This document shows, piece by piece, positions 37,654 to 49,510 of a DNA stretch of 64,000 nucleotides. The notes under the pieces were generated by a model, which did no database searches, was not told the DNA's origin, and saw only the letters and a list, made by a program, of their open reading frames with translations. Position 1 is the first letter of the stretch. Every line of letters starts with the position of its first letter. This DNA comes from an uncultured bacterium. Its GTDB lineage: Bacteria; Acidobacteriota; Thermoanaerobaculia; Multivoradales; JAHZIX01. The stretch spans positions 160,001 to 224,000 of the forward strand of contig CBDUPA010000008.1 in assembly GCA_965368975.1 (NCBI GenBank), read 5' to 3'. A program made the position numbers and the translations under genes.

Positions 37654-38508
37654 CTAGAAGTTGACTACCAGCGATGCGGTGGTCGTGGTGTCGCGCTTCT
37701 CGGCCTGGTCCGCCGGGTGGTTGTCGTAACGCAGCTGGTAGCCGAGCTTGAGTGCCAGGCGCTGGGTCAGGCTAGTGGTCAAGGCAGTTTCGGCGGTCAG
37801 GCGCCAGTCGTCGCTGTTGTCGAAGTTGGGGTGGTAGACCGCGCGTTGGATGAACTTGGTCCCTTCGTTGACGTGCCACACGTAGGCGAAGCCGGCGAGA
37901 GCACCTAGATAGCTGGTTTCAGTGCGGTCGACGAAGTCTTCTTCGGTGAAGGTCGCACCCAGTTCGAAGATCAGCTCGTGCACCGGGCCGGTGAGCAGCT
38001 TGTACAGGCTGCCGGCCTCGACGACGCTGCGCAGGTCGAAGCCGGCGTACTCGTCGCGCTCGGCATTGACGCCAGCGAACAGCGACCAAGGCTCGGAAAG
38101 GCTGCGCTCGCCGCGCAGGCTGGTGAAGTAACGCTCAGCGGTCTCCTCGCCGTTCTCTTCCGTGCGTTGGAACCGTGCCCTGAGGACTAAGCCCCAGGGT
38201 TCAGGTCGACGCTGTAGGTCGAACTCCAGGCCCAGGCTCTCGGTCTCGGAGTTGCCGCTCACCGACAGGTACGAGAGTCCGAGCTCACCCTTCCAATCGG
38301 GTTCTGCGGGTTCTTCCTCGGCAGCGGTCGGGTCGGTCAAGGCTTCTTCAGCCAACGCCTCTGCGGCATCAGCAGGGAGCGCCGGTTCCTGCGCGATCGC
38401 TACAGGACTGGCCGCTACAGGGCTGGCCGCTACAGGACTGGCCAAGGACACCGCCAGCAGGGTGCTGAGGAGGGAAGGGAAGATGAGATGGGGGAGTGAG
38501 TTTCGCAT
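37654..38508 (-). CDS. DUF481/YdiY-like outer-membrane beta-barrel
   Basis: Signal peptide, W.G..GLSY..SGNSET, amphipathic strands, C-terminal Phe. Confidence 0.85.
   Translation of the reverse strand: MRNSLPHLIFPSLLSTLLAVSLASPVAASPVAASPVAIAQEPALPADAAEALAEEALTDPTAAEEEPAEPDWKGELGLSYLSVSGNSETESLGLEFDLQRRPEPWGLVLRARFQRTEENGEETAERYFTSLRGERSLSEPWSLFAGVNAERDEYAGFDLRSVVEAGSLYKLLTGPVHELIFELGATFTEEDFVDRTETSYLGALAGFAYVWHVNEGTKFIQRAVYHPNFDNSDDWRLTAETALTTSLTQRLALKLGYQLRYDNHPADQAEKRDTTTTASLVVNF
38398..38445. repeat. 15-bp in-frame repeat (ASPVA x3)
   Basis: gctacagg(a/g)ctggcc x3. Confidence 0.85.
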
Positions 38509-38668
38509 GGCGCGCATTGTAAGAGACTCGAAGGTCAAAGCAAGCTCTCGAGGAGGGAGTGGTTGCACCCGTTGCCGAGGTCGGCTAGGGTCGACTCGCC
38601 GTCCCGTTGACAGCCGTTGAGAGTCGGTGCTTTCGCCGCGGGCGGGATCTTACCTGGAGGAGAAGAGC

Positions 38669-39154
38669 ATGCCAGTTTCTGCTGATCACTTTCGTGACGC
38701 CCTGCGCTTGTTCGCCGCCGGGGTGACCCTTGTCACCACCCGCCGTGGCGAGCGCATTCACGGTCTGACCGTTTCGGCCTTCGCGTCGGTGTCGACCGAT
38801 CCGCCGCTGATCTCGGTGATGATCGACCACAAGCACACCATGCACCCGTTGCTCGAAGATGGCACCGCACCCTTCGCGGTCAACATCCTGGGCCACGAGC
38901 AGGAAGAGCTGTCCAACCGCTTCGCGTTCAAGCCCGAGGCCGAGCGCTTCCAGGAAGGAAACTGGGGGCAGGCGGTCACTGGTGCGCCGATCCTGGAAGA
39001 TGCCCTGGCCTGGCTCGACTGTACGGTCTTCGCGCGCCACCCGGCGGGCAGCCACTCGATGTACATCGGTGAAGTTCAGGCTGCTCATTCGGCCGATCCC
39101 GAGCGCAATCCGCTCATCTACTGGAATCGCGGGTATCGCCAGCTCTCGAGCTAG
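38669..39154 (+). CDS. Flavin reductase (DIM6/NTAB family)
   Basis: FRDALRLFAAGVTLVT, SVSTDPPL, FAVNIL, GSH and PLIYWNRGY motifs; GGAGG RBS. Confidence 0.92.
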   Translation: MPVSADHFRDALRLFAAGVTLVTTRRGERIHGLTVSAFASVSTDPPLISVMIDHKHTMHPLLEDGTAPFAVNILGHEQEELSNRFAFKPEAERFQEGNWGQAVTGAPILEDALAWLDCTVFARHPAGSHSMYIGEVQAAHSADPERNPLIYWNRGYRQLSS

Positions 39155-39202
39155 TTCCGCGAGCCTTCCGTAGCAACTCGCGGGTGGACGGACGGGCTCA
39201 GC

Positions 39203-40753
<1,551 letters not shown>

Positions 40754-40800
40754 GCGTTGGTTTCCGGGATAGGGGGTCCAGGGTGGAGGGGTACGGCGCT

Positions 40801-40905
40801 CGGGAAGACGGTGCTTCGGGAAGACGGTGCTTCGGGAAGACGGTGCTTCGGGAAGACGGTGCTTCGGGAAGACGGTGCTACGGGAAGACGTGTTTCAGGA
40901 AGAGG
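40801..40905. repeat. 16-bp VNTR (5 copies plus degenerate copies) upstream of guaA
   Basis: cgggaagacggtgctt x4, cgggaagacggtgcta, then degenerate units overlapping the kinase stop codon. Confidence 0.95.
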
Positions 40906-42901
40906 GGACGGAGCCCGTCCCGGCCCTTGTCTGCGCCAGACCTGGCAGTTCGGAGATGGTCGTCAGTAGGTCTTGGGCGGAGTAGGGCTTGGTCAGGATG
41001 GGGTGGCCATCCTGGCGGATCGAGACGATCTCGCGGCCGTCGGCGTAGCCCGTGCTGACCACGACTGGCAGGCCTGGACGGGCTTTCTGCAACTCGCGGT
41101 ATAGCTGACCCCCCTCGGCGTCGGGCAGGATCATGTCGAGCACCACCAGCTGTGGCCACCCCGGTTCCGCTTGCAGCAAGCGCCGCATCTCCTCGCCGGT
41201 GGCTGCCAGGCGCGTCTCGAAGCCGCTACGCTGCAGTATCCGGTGCAGCCATTCGAGCGTCAGGTCTTCGTCTTCGACCACCAGCACTCGTCCCTTCGAC
41301 GCGGTCTCGGGTTCGGTGACCTGGCGTGGCTGCGGCACATCGACTTCGGTGGCCGGCAAGCGTAGCTCGACCGTCGTGCCCTGGCCGATGGCCGACTCGA
41401 TGTGCAGGCTACCACCAGCCGCCGTGGCGATGCTCTTGGCGACCGCCAGCCCGAGCCCGACGCCGAGGCCTCTGGGTTTGGTGGTGACAAAGGGCTCCGT
41501 GGCTCGGTGCAGCACGTCGCCGGTCATGCCGACGCCGGTGTCGCGCACCGCCAGCACGGTGTCTCGACCGCCACCTCGATGGTCATCGTCTCGACGGGTG
41601 CCCAGCCGCACCTGGATACCCTGCCCGGGGTGACTGGCATCTCGGGCGTTGAGCAGGAGGTTGATCAGAGCCAGGCGCAGCTGTTCGGGATCGGCGACGA
41701 CCGGTGCGCACGGTTCGAGGGCCAGCTCCAACGGGCGGTCGCGTCCGACGGTACTCTCGAGCAGTGGCCACCAGGCGACGATCCGCTGGCGCAAGTCGAA
41801 GCGTCTCGGCTCGGTCGGCTGGGCCTGGGCGAAGGTCAGCAGCTGCCGTGCCAGCTTGGAGCCGCGGTCGAGGGCATCCGCGGCGGCCGCACGTGCCCGC
41901 TCGCATGTTGACTCGTCGGAGTCACCGGTGAGGCTCTCGAGACTGGCAGAGAGGATCTGCATCAGATTGTTGTACTCGTGTGCCACCGACGCGGAGATGC
42001 GCCCCAGCGCCTCGGTCTGGCGCACGTCTTCGAGTATCTGGCGGGCCTGCAGGCTCGACTCGAGGTTGCCGCAGCTGACGGCGATGGCACGCACCGGACC
42101 GCCATCGCTGGGGGGAATCGGCCGCAGGTCGATGCGCCAGAACTGGTGGTCGAGTTCGGTCAGGCCGGCAAAGGACGGGCGCAGTCCCTCGAAGATGTCG
42201 ACCATGGCCAGGCACAGATCCTTGGCTCGGCTGGAACGTTGCAGCAAGTCGAACAACCAAGCCTGGTGATCTCGGTCGGCGAGTTCGACCAAGGTGGAGT
42301 TGCTGTCGAAGACCATCAGGCTGCGGTCGACCGCCAGCAACAGGCCTGGAGCAGCATCGAGCATGGTGCGCAGTCTTGGCTCGGCTGCGGAGGCTTGGGA
42401 CGGCCAGGCCGCTTCCGAAGTGTCCGGCAGCAGGCTGACACACTCATCGGTCAGGGCCTTGGCGGCCGCTTGCTCATCGGCGCTCCAGGTGTGCGGCTGT
42501 TGGAAGCTGAAGATGGTCACACCGACGCCGCGACCGTCGACCACCAGCGGCGTATAGAGGCAGGCGCTGAGCCCATAGCGCTCGCGGGCGACGCGGGCGA
42601 CACGCTCGTCGTCCAACGCGTTGTCGACCGCCACCGTCTTCTGGTCGCGGATCGCATGGAAGGCACCTGGCGCGGCGGTCACGTCGAGGCCGTAAGCCAG
42701 GTGCGTGGCTCGGAAGCCGTGCGAAATCGCCTGGCAGATCAGGCGTCGACGATCCGCGGACAGGAGGTGGATGCAGACGTTGTCGCAACCGAGACTGCGC
42801 TGGGCCTCCTGAGTCCAGTGCAGCAGTCGCTCGACCGCCGAGTTGGTGAGCAACGGTTGCGGATCAGGGGGATGAGAACGCTTCGAAACCATGTCAGGCA
42901 T
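40895..42901 (-). CDS. Cytoplasmic hybrid histidine kinase (GAF-HisKA-HATPase-REC)
   Basis: GAF N-terminus, VAHEYNN, NLLLNARDA, DTGVGM, GLGL, receiver VVEDE/LDMILP/KPY. Confidence 0.9.
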   Translation of the reverse strand: MPDMVSKRSHPPDPQPLLTNSAVERLLHWTQEAQRSLGCDNVCIHLLSADRRRLICQAISHGFRATHLAYGLDVTAAPGAFHAIRDQKTVAVDNALDDERVARVARERYGLSACLYTPLVVDGRGVGVTIFSFQQPHTWSADEQAAAKALTDECVSLLPDTSEAAWPSQASAAEPRLRTMLDAAPGLLLAVDRSLMVFDSNSTLVELADRDHQAWLFDLLQRSSRAKDLCLAMVDIFEGLRPSFAGLTELDHQFWRIDLRPIPPSDGGPVRAIAVSCGNLESSLQARQILEDVRQTEALGRISASVAHEYNNLMQILSASLESLTGDSDESTCERARAAAADALDRGSKLARQLLTFAQAQPTEPRRFDLRQRIVAWWPLLESTVGRDRPLELALEPCAPVVADPEQLRLALINLLLNARDASHPGQGIQVRLGTRRDDDHRGGGRDTVLAVRDTGVGMTGDVLHRATEPFVTTKPRGLGVGLGLAVAKSIATAAGGSLHIESAIGQGTTVELRLPATEVDVPQPRQVTEPETASKGRVLVVEDEDLTLEWLHRILQRSGFETRLAATGEEMRRLLQAEPGWPQLVVLDMILPDAEGGQLYRELQKARPGLPVVVSTGYADGREIVSIRQDGHPILTKPYSAQDLLTTISELPGLAQTRAGTGSVPSS

Positions 42902-42908
42902 CCCGCGG

Positions 42909-43928
42909 CTAGAGGGCCGCCTCCGCTTTCAACTCTCGGGTCATCAACTCGTTGATCGTGTCGCGCGGTGCCTTGCCGTGGTAGAGCACGGCGACCATTT
43001 GTTCGGTGATGGGCATCTCGACGCGCAACTCGTGCGCCAGCTGAGACACCGCGAGGGCATTGCGTACACCTTCGGCGACCATGCGCGTGCCACCGGTGAT
43101 TTCCTCCAACGTCTTACCTTCCGCCAGCTGCAGCCCGACCTTGCGGTTGCGCGACAGGCCCCCGGTGCAGGTCAGAACCAGGTCACCGAGCCCGGCCAAC
43201 CCGTAGAAAGTGGCGGCGTCACCACCGCACTTGACGCCCAGCCGGGTGATCTCATGCAGACCACGGGTGATCAGGGCCGCTTCGGTATTCTGTCCCAGGC
43301 CCAGGCCGCTGAGCACGCCGGCGGCGATGGCGATCACGTTCTTGGTCGTCCCGGCCAGCTCGACACCGATCACGTCGTCGGTGCGGTAGAGGCGGAAGCT
43401 GCTCGACGAGAGCATCTCCTGCAGCTCCCGCGCCAGCTCCGGATCCTCGGACGCGATGACGCCAGCAGAGGGTACACCGCGGGCCAGCTCGGCGGCGAAG
43501 GTGGGCCCGCCGAGCACTGCGAAGGGGAGCTTGCGGCCCGCGGCGGCGGCTTCTTCGGCGCAGACCTTGCTCATGCGCAAGGTCGACTCGGGTTCCAGGC
43601 CCTTGGTGGCCGATACCAGCGCCGGTTTGGCGTCCGCCGGTAACGCCGCCAGGAGCTCGCGCACGGCATGGCGCAGACCGTGCGATGGCACGACCAGGAG
43701 GACTGCCTTGCACGCAGCGAGGTCTTGCAGGCGATGCGTCGGATGGACTGAGTCCGGTAGCTCGACACCCGGCAGATACACCTCGTTGCGCCGTTTCTGC
43801 TGCAGCTCGGCGGCAAAGTCTTCACGCCGAGCCCAGAGATGTACTTTGTGCTCCTGGTTGCAGCCGGCAGTATGGATGGCCAGTGCGGTGCCCCAGGAGC
43901 CGGCGCCAAGAATTCCTATTTCCGTCAC
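42909..43928 (-). CDS. gpsA: NAD(P)H-dependent glycerol-3-phosphate dehydrogenase
   Basis: GAGSWGTALA, ATKGLE, GPTFA, KNVIAIA and GLGDLVLTC..SRN motifs. Confidence 0.97.
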   Translation of the reverse strand: MTEIGILGAGSWGTALAIHTAGCNQEHKVHLWARREDFAAELQQKRRNEVYLPGVELPDSVHPTHRLQDLAACKAVLLVVPSHGLRHAVRELLAALPADAKPALVSATKGLEPESTLRMSKVCAEEAAAAGRKLPFAVLGGPTFAAELARGVPSAGVIASEDPELARELQEMLSSSSFRLYRTDDVIGVELAGTTKNVIAIAAGVLSGLGLGQNTEAALITRGLHEITRLGVKCGGDAATFYGLAGLGDLVLTCTGGLSRNRKVGLQLAEGKTLEEITGGTRMVAEGVRNALAVSQLAHELRVEMPITEQMVAVLYHGKAPRDTINELMTRELKAEAAL

Positions 43929-44054
43929 GCTGGAGATCCTACCTCGCCAGCGCCGCCATCGCTAGCATCTGTGCCGGTCGGTGTTCGGGGCTGGTTGTTC
44001 GCCGGCTCGGCAGCGGGATGTCGAGGTCCAGGAATCCGTTGCACGTGGCCGAGC

Positions 44055-45365
44055 TCAGACCAGGCGGAGCAGGGAAGAAGTAGTCATGCCGGCGGCGCGC
44101 AGGAGCTGCCGACGTAGCATCTCGAGGGCGATCTGGCTGCTCTGCCAGCGGATCCGCTCGCGATCACCGGGTAGCTGCACGCGCCGGTGGCGCACCGGAT
44201 CACCGTCGCCGTCGGGGGGACCGGCGACCGCAATGTGCACGGTACCCACCGGTTTGTCGTCAGTGCCACCGCCGGGACCGGCGATGCCGGTGACGCCGAT
44301 GCCGTAGTCGGTGCCGAGCACGCGTCGAGCACCTTCGGCGAGCGCGCGCGCCACCGGTTCGCTGACGGCTCCGTGCTGCGCCAGCATGCTCTCAGGTACA
44401 TCCGCCAAACGTGTCTTGAGGTCGTTGCTGTAGGTGACCAGGGCACCCTGGAAATACTGACTGCTGCCGGCGACGCGGGTCAGGCGCTCGGCGACCAGAC
44501 CGCCTGTGCAGCTCTCGGCGGTACCGACGCTGGCTTTCTGCTCGCGCAGCAGACGTCCCACCACAGCCTCCAACGAGTCACCCAACTCGAAGCTGAACAC
44601 GGCCTTGCCGATCAACTCGACCAGGCGGCGACGGATCGCCTGCAGGCGCTGCTGGCGCGCCTCTTCGGCGCCGGTGGCCCAGAAGCGCAGGGTGATCTCG
44701 GCCGGTTTGGCCAGGATCGTGATGGCCTCGCGGCCGAACTCCTCGTAGGCCGGCTTGATCCGCTGCTCGACTTCGGATTCCGGCAGACAGGCGACCTTGA
44801 CCACCCCCATCTCGTGTGCAACGCCGGTGCCGTGTTCCTGCAGCCAGGGCTCCAGGTGCAGCTGCAGGATGGCATCGAATTCTCCAGGTACCCCAGGTGC
44901 CAGCACCAGCGTGCGAGGATCGCCCCCGGGTAGGGGGCCGGCAGCTTCGAGTAACAGACCGGGAGCGGTGCCGCGCGGGTTGTCGAGAACACGGGCTCCG
45001 CGTGGGACGTTCGCTTGCCGCCGGTTGATCTCCGGCATCTCGCGGTTCATGAAGGCGAACTTGGCACGGATGGCGTCGACGATACTCGGGTCTTCAACCA
45101 GCTCTAGATCGAAGTGTGCCGCCACCGACTCGCGCGTGATGTCGTCGGCCGTCGGACCGAGACCGCCGCTGATCAGTACCAGCTCGGCGCGTTCCAAAAA
45201 CTGGCTCAGGACGCGCCGGATGTCGTCCTCGTGATCGCCGACCACGGCCTTGGCCACCAGTTCGACACCGTAGCGGTGGAGCAGCTCGGCGGCGCGCAGG
45301 GAGTTGGTATCTAGACGGTCGGTGCCCAGCAGCTCCGACCCGACGGCAAGGATTGCGGCTCGCAT
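44055..45365 (-). CDS. cinA: Competence/damage-inducible protein CinA (MocF plus PncC domains)
   Basis: VGSELL..DTN, GGLGPTADD, GTAPG, AESCTGG and TGIAGPGG motifs. Confidence 0.95.
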   Translation of the reverse strand: MRAAILAVGSELLGTDRLDTNSLRAAELLHRYGVELVAKAVVGDHEDDIRRVLSQFLERAELVLISGGLGPTADDITRESVAAHFDLELVEDPSIVDAIRAKFAFMNREMPEINRRQANVPRGARVLDNPRGTAPGLLLEAAGPLPGGDPRTLVLAPGVPGEFDAILQLHLEPWLQEHGTGVAHEMGVVKVACLPESEVEQRIKPAYEEFGREAITILAKPAEITLRFWATGAEEARQQRLQAIRRRLVELIGKAVFSFELGDSLEAVVGRLLREQKASVGTAESCTGGLVAERLTRVAGSSQYFQGALVTYSNDLKTRLADVPESMLAQHGAVSEPVARALAEGARRVLGTDYGIGVTGIAGPGGGTDDKPVGTVHIAVAGPPDGDGDPVRHRRVQLPGDRERIRWQSSQIALEMLRRQLLRAAGMTTSSLLRLV

Positions 45366-45393
45366 TCCGCGATTCTAGCCTACGTACCGGTTT

Positions 45394-46560
45394 TCAGCGC
45401 ATCGGTCCGAGCCAGCCGAAACCATCGCTCGGTGCCGACCTCTCTCGGCGCGCGAGATCGTCGTGGATGCGCTGGAAATCAGAGTGGCAGGCGAAGAAGG
45501 CGTCGACCAGCAGCGGGTCGAAATGGTGGCCGCGGTCGATCGAGATGCGCTCGACCGCTGTGTCGTGGCTGAGGGCTGGTTTGTAGGGACGCCGATTGGT
45601 GATCGTGTCGTAGGCGTCGACCAGGGCGACGATGCGCGCTGCCAGCGGGATCAGCCGGCCGGCCAGGCGCCGTGGATAGCCGGTGCCGTCCCAGCGCTCG
45701 TGGTGGTGATAGGCAATCTGCATCGCCATGGTCAGGAAGCTGTGGCCCTCGAAGCGGCGAATCACCGAGCGCAGCGTATCGCCGCCGATGCTGGTGTGCG
45801 TACGCATGATGTCCATCTCGTCGGCGGTCAGAGGGCCCGGTTTGCGCAGGATGGCGTCCGGGATACCGACCTTGCCGATGTCGTGCAGAGGGCTGGACTT
45901 GGTCAGCTGCTCGATAAAGCCGTCGGTCGTCAGGTGGTTGTACGGCCCCTGGCGCAGTTGTTCGGCCAAGCGCCGACTGTAGGCCGAGATGCGCTCCAGG
46001 TGCAGGCCGGTCTCGACATCGCGCGATTCTGCCAGCCGCGCGAGCGTCAACAGCGCGATGTCGCGGGTCTGGCGCAACTCGTGCGTGCGCTCGGTGACCT
46101 GGTGTTCCAGTTCTTGACGGTAGCGGTCGTGGCTGCGCAGCAGGCGGCTGCGTTCGAGCGCATGTTTGAGGGTACTTTCCAGGTCTTCCGCGTCGTACGG
46201 CTTGATCAGGTAGTCGTAGGCGCCGTTGCGCAGGCAGCGACGGACGGTGTCGACGTCCTGGGCGGCCGAGATCATCACCACCTGTATGTACTCGTCGAGT
46301 TGTTTGAGCTGTTCGAGCAGGTCGATCCCCGAGATTCCGGGCAGACGGACATCCACCAGCGCCACTTGCGGGGCGGGCGTCTGGCGCGCGGCCATGAAGC
46401 CAGCTTCAGCGCTCGACGCGGTGCGGCAGTCGAACCCGAGCTGTTCCAGCTGGCGGCCGAGCAGGTGCGCGACCTGTTCGTCATCCTCGACGATCAGGGC
46501 CATTGGACGCCGGACGGTGGGCGGTAGCACACCGCTGAGATGCTCGGTTGCAAGATCCAT
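45394..46560 (-). CDS. Response regulator with HD-GYP phosphodiesterase domain
   Basis: Receiver domain; ETGLH, LHDIGK and HHERWDGTGYP motifs. Confidence 0.93.
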   Translation of the reverse strand: MDLATEHLSGVLPPTVRRPMALIVEDDEQVAHLLGRQLEQLGFDCRTASSAEAGFMAARQTPAPQVALVDVRLPGISGIDLLEQLKQLDEYIQVVMISAAQDVDTVRRCLRNGAYDYLIKPYDAEDLESTLKHALERSRLLRSHDRYRQELEHQVTERTHELRQTRDIALLTLARLAESRDVETGLHLERISAYSRRLAEQLRQGPYNHLTTDGFIEQLTKSSPLHDIGKVGIPDAILRKPGPLTADEMDIMRTHTSIGGDTLRSVIRRFEGHSFLTMAMQIAYHHHERWDGTGYPRRLAGRLIPLAARIVALVDAYDTITNRRPYKPALSHDTAVERISIDRGHHFDPLLVDAFFACHSDFQRIHDDLARRERSAPSDGFGWLGPMR

Positions 46561-46809
46561 AGCTTCACCTAGAACTTAGAAATAAAGGCTAGCGTAGCGG
46601 GAGTCCCGGGTCAAGGTTGTTTCGAGTCGTAGTGTTCTGAGTTTATGAAGTCTTGGAGATCGCGAAAGCAGGCAGCCAGCGTCACGCTTTGGCGCCTGAG
46701 GTGCACGTTCATGGAGAAGTTAGAGTCTGCCGCCGTGCTCATGTGTTCTCTGGGTATAGAGACATGGCCACGGGGGCACTTATTCAACATGCATGTAGGG
46801 AGATCGTCG

Positions 46810-47343
46810 ATGAATCGACAGTCATGTCGGACGTGGGACCGGTACGCAGCCTCGCTGCTGCTGGTCACCACACTCGTAGTCGGAGCTGGCGCCGCGCAAG
46901 CCGCGGACCAGCCGACCCCAACCGTGGATGCGAACACGCCGGACGGCGAAGCCGCACCGGCCTGGGCGCAGGTCCAGGTTCTCACCCCGTCGCCGGAGCT
47001 GATTCCGTCGGTGACCGCTCGTGCCGCGATGGGGGAGCCGGATGCTCTGCGCGTCGCAGTCGACCCCGAAACCGGTGCACTGCGGGCGCCGACGCGCGAA
47101 GAACGCGCGCAGCTGAACGAAGCCTTGCAGCCGCGGCTCAACCGCTCCAGCGTCGGTCTGCAGGCTGTGACGCTGGTCAATGGTACGCAACTGCTCAACT
47201 TGCAGGGTCGCTTCCTGAGCGCCGCGCAGGTCGAGGTGCTGCCCGACGGCAGCCACCAGTTCCAGTGCCTGATGGAGACCGAGGAAGAAACCGCCGTCCG
47301 CCAGCAGCGCCAGACGCAGAAGGGGGCGGCCGATGTCCAGTAA
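46810..47343 (+). CDS. Small secreted protein partnering the PA-domain peptidase
   Basis: Signal peptide (AQA); LRVAVDPETGALRAPT..E and DGS..FQC; overlaps the start of the peptidase gene. Confidence 0.75.
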   Translation: MNRQSCRTWDRYAASLLLVTTLVVGAGAAQAADQPTPTVDANTPDGEAAPAWAQVQVLTPSPELIPSVTARAAMGEPDALRVAVDPETGALRAPTREERAQLNEALQPRLNRSSVGLQAVTLVNGTQLLNLQGRFLSAAQVEVLPDGSHQFQCLMETEEETAVRQQRQTQKGAADVQ

Positions 47344-49261
47344 CAGTCTCACCCTCGCTAGCCGCCGCTGTCTCTTCGGCGTGCTCGCTCTGAGCTTCCT
47401 TCTGACCGCGGCCCCGGTGTTTGCCGTCAACATCTTCATCGTCAACATGGACGGCCCCGGCGAAGGCTTCAACGATCCGACGGTAGTCGCTCCTGTGGGC
47501 GGGAACCCGGGGACCACACTCGGCCAGCAACGCCTGATCGTCTTCCAGCAGGCGGCGGCGATCTGGGGCGGCACGCTCGACAGCGCGGTCGACATCTACG
47601 TCCAGGCCAGCCTGGATCCGCTGCCCTGCTCGCCGACCTCGGCGACGCTGGGGCAGGCCGGTACCCTCCAGGTCTCGGCCAACTTCGGCGGTGCGCCCTT
47701 GTCCAACACCTGGTACCACATCGCGCTGGCCAACAAGCTTGCCGGTGTCGACCTGATTCCAGGTGCTCCAGGGACCGCGGCCGACGACATTGGTGCCACC
47801 TTCAACAGCTCGATCGACAACAACCCGGCCTGCTTGCCGGGCAACTGGTACTACGGTCTCGATCACAACGAGGGCGCTAATGACATCGACTTCCTGGCCG
47901 TGCTGCTGCACGAGTTCAACCACGGTTTGGGTATGGCCAACTTCACCAACGAGGCGACCGGTGCATTGCTCGGTCCTCCCTTCTATCCCGGTATCTTCGA
48001 CGTCTTCACCCTGGATACCGACCAGGGCTTGACCTGGGATCTGATGACCAACGCTCAGCGTGCCACCTCGGCCGTCAACTGCGGCGGCGTGGTGTGGAAT
48101 GGTCCCAATGTCACGGCCTTTGCACCGTTGATCCTGGATAGCGGTGTGTCGGAACTGTCCGTCAACAGCCCGGTGGCGATCGCCGGTGACTACCAGGTCG
48201 GGGAGGCCTTGTTCGGTCCCGTGTTGACCTCACCGGGAGTGACTGGTGATCTGGAGCTGGTCAATGATGGTGTCGGCACCGTCACAGATGGTTGCGAGCC
48301 GCTAGTTGGCTTCACCAGTGGCAATGTCGCCCTGATCGACCGGGGCAGCTGTACCTTCGTCCAGAAAGTACAGAATGCCGAGGCCGCGGGCGCCACCGCC
48401 GTCGTGGTTGCCGACAATGTTGCTGGCTGTCCGCCCGACCAGCTGGGGGGTACCGGCATCACCAACGTTCCCGCGGTTCGCATCAGCTTGGCTGATGGCA
48501 ACACGATCAAGGCCCAGTTGCCGGGAGTCAACGTCACCTTGGGAGTCGACGACAACCAGCTACAGGGCGCCAACGATGCGGGGCAGGTACTGATCTATAG
48601 CCCGGATCCTCTGGAGCCCGGCTCCACCCTCTCTCATTGGGACGTCAGCGCATCGCCGGACCTTCTGATGGAGCCCTTCTTCACCTCGGGCCTGACTGAT
48701 GATCTGGATCTGAGTCCGATGCAACTGGCCGACATCGGCTGGATGCTGCAGCAGACCTGTGGCAACAACACACGTGAAGGCCTGGAAGTTTGTGATGGCA
48801 CCGACCTGTTCGGCCAGACCTGCATCAGTCAGGGCTTCGACGGTGGCACTTTGGCCTGTGACGGAACCTGTACTGGTTTCGACACGTCGGCCTGCGTCAC
48901 CTGCGTTGACGGCAAGACCGACGGTAGTTGGAACCTGCCGGATCTGACGCACCTCGGTGAGCTGTTCGGCTACCTCTACGACCCCAGTGGCACCGCGATC
49001 TACAAGATCTGGGGCACGCTGGTGGAGACCTCGCCGGCCGGCGGTATCGCCCACGGAGTTGTGTACGACGGTAGCCTGCCGCACCCGTTCTACTTCACGG
49101 GCACGTGGAGTTACGTGCAGGCTGACAACGGTGGCTTCAACTTCACGGTCTTCGAGTATGGCACTGGCGCCAACGTCGGCTTCATCCAGGGCCGCTGGAG
49201 GGACGACCCGCTGTTCAGCAGCGTCGGCCAGTTCGGAGGAACCTGGCAGATCTGCCAATAG
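47333..49261 (+). CDS. Secreted PA-domain zinc metallopeptidase with Cys-rich repeat and C-terminal beta domain
   Basis: Signal peptide, HEFNHGLG, PA motif DRGSCTFVQK, SHWD..LMEP, CGN..EG.E.CDG. Confidence 0.85.
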   Translation: MSSNSLTLASRRCLFGVLALSFLLTAAPVFAVNIFIVNMDGPGEGFNDPTVVAPVGGNPGTTLGQQRLIVFQQAAAIWGGTLDSAVDIYVQASLDPLPCSPTSATLGQAGTLQVSANFGGAPLSNTWYHIALANKLAGVDLIPGAPGTAADDIGATFNSSIDNNPACLPGNWYYGLDHNEGANDIDFLAVLLHEFNHGLGMANFTNEATGALLGPPFYPGIFDVFTLDTDQGLTWDLMTNAQRATSAVNCGGVVWNGPNVTAFAPLILDSGVSELSVNSPVAIAGDYQVGEALFGPVLTSPGVTGDLELVNDGVGTVTDGCEPLVGFTSGNVALIDRGSCTFVQKVQNAEAAGATAVVVADNVAGCPPDQLGGTGITNVPAVRISLADGNTIKAQLPGVNVTLGVDDNQLQGANDAGQVLIYSPDPLEPGSTLSHWDVSASPDLLMEPFFTSGLTDDLDLSPMQLADIGWMLQQTCGNNTREGLEVCDGTDLFGQTCISQGFDGGTLACDGTCTGFDTSACVTCVDGKTDGSWNLPDLTHLGELFGYLYDPSGTAIYKIWGTLVETSPAGGIAHGVVYDGSLPHPFYFTGTWSYVQADNGGFNFTVFEYGTGANVGFIQGRWRDDPLFSSVGQFGGTWQICQ

Positions 49262-49319
49262 CGTGCCGAAGCACTGAATCCGGTCTCGACTTCTGAGGTC
49301 GCTTGCTCCGTCCGGAGCT

Positions 49320-49358
49320 GGCCGGTTTCCCGCTGCCCCGGGAAACCGGCCATTTTTT
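49320..49358 (+). terminator. Intrinsic terminator
   Basis: GGCCGGTTTCCCG-CTGCCC-CGGGAAACCGGCC then ATTTTTT. Confidence 0.88.
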
Positions 49359-49510
49359 GTCGATTCACACGTTCAGTGTCCCGTTTGTCTAGGTGAACTG
49401 CACGTGCATCGAGAAGCTCACGTGTGCTCGAAGGCTCTCCGTGTAGGCCCTGCCTTGCATGCGTGGGAGCGGCAACATCGCCCAGAATTCTGACTCCAGA
49501 GGACGACTCG

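Noticed and set aside
40801-40905. Possible CRISPR array
   Set aside because: Units are contiguous 16-mers with no spacers, and no cas genes are present
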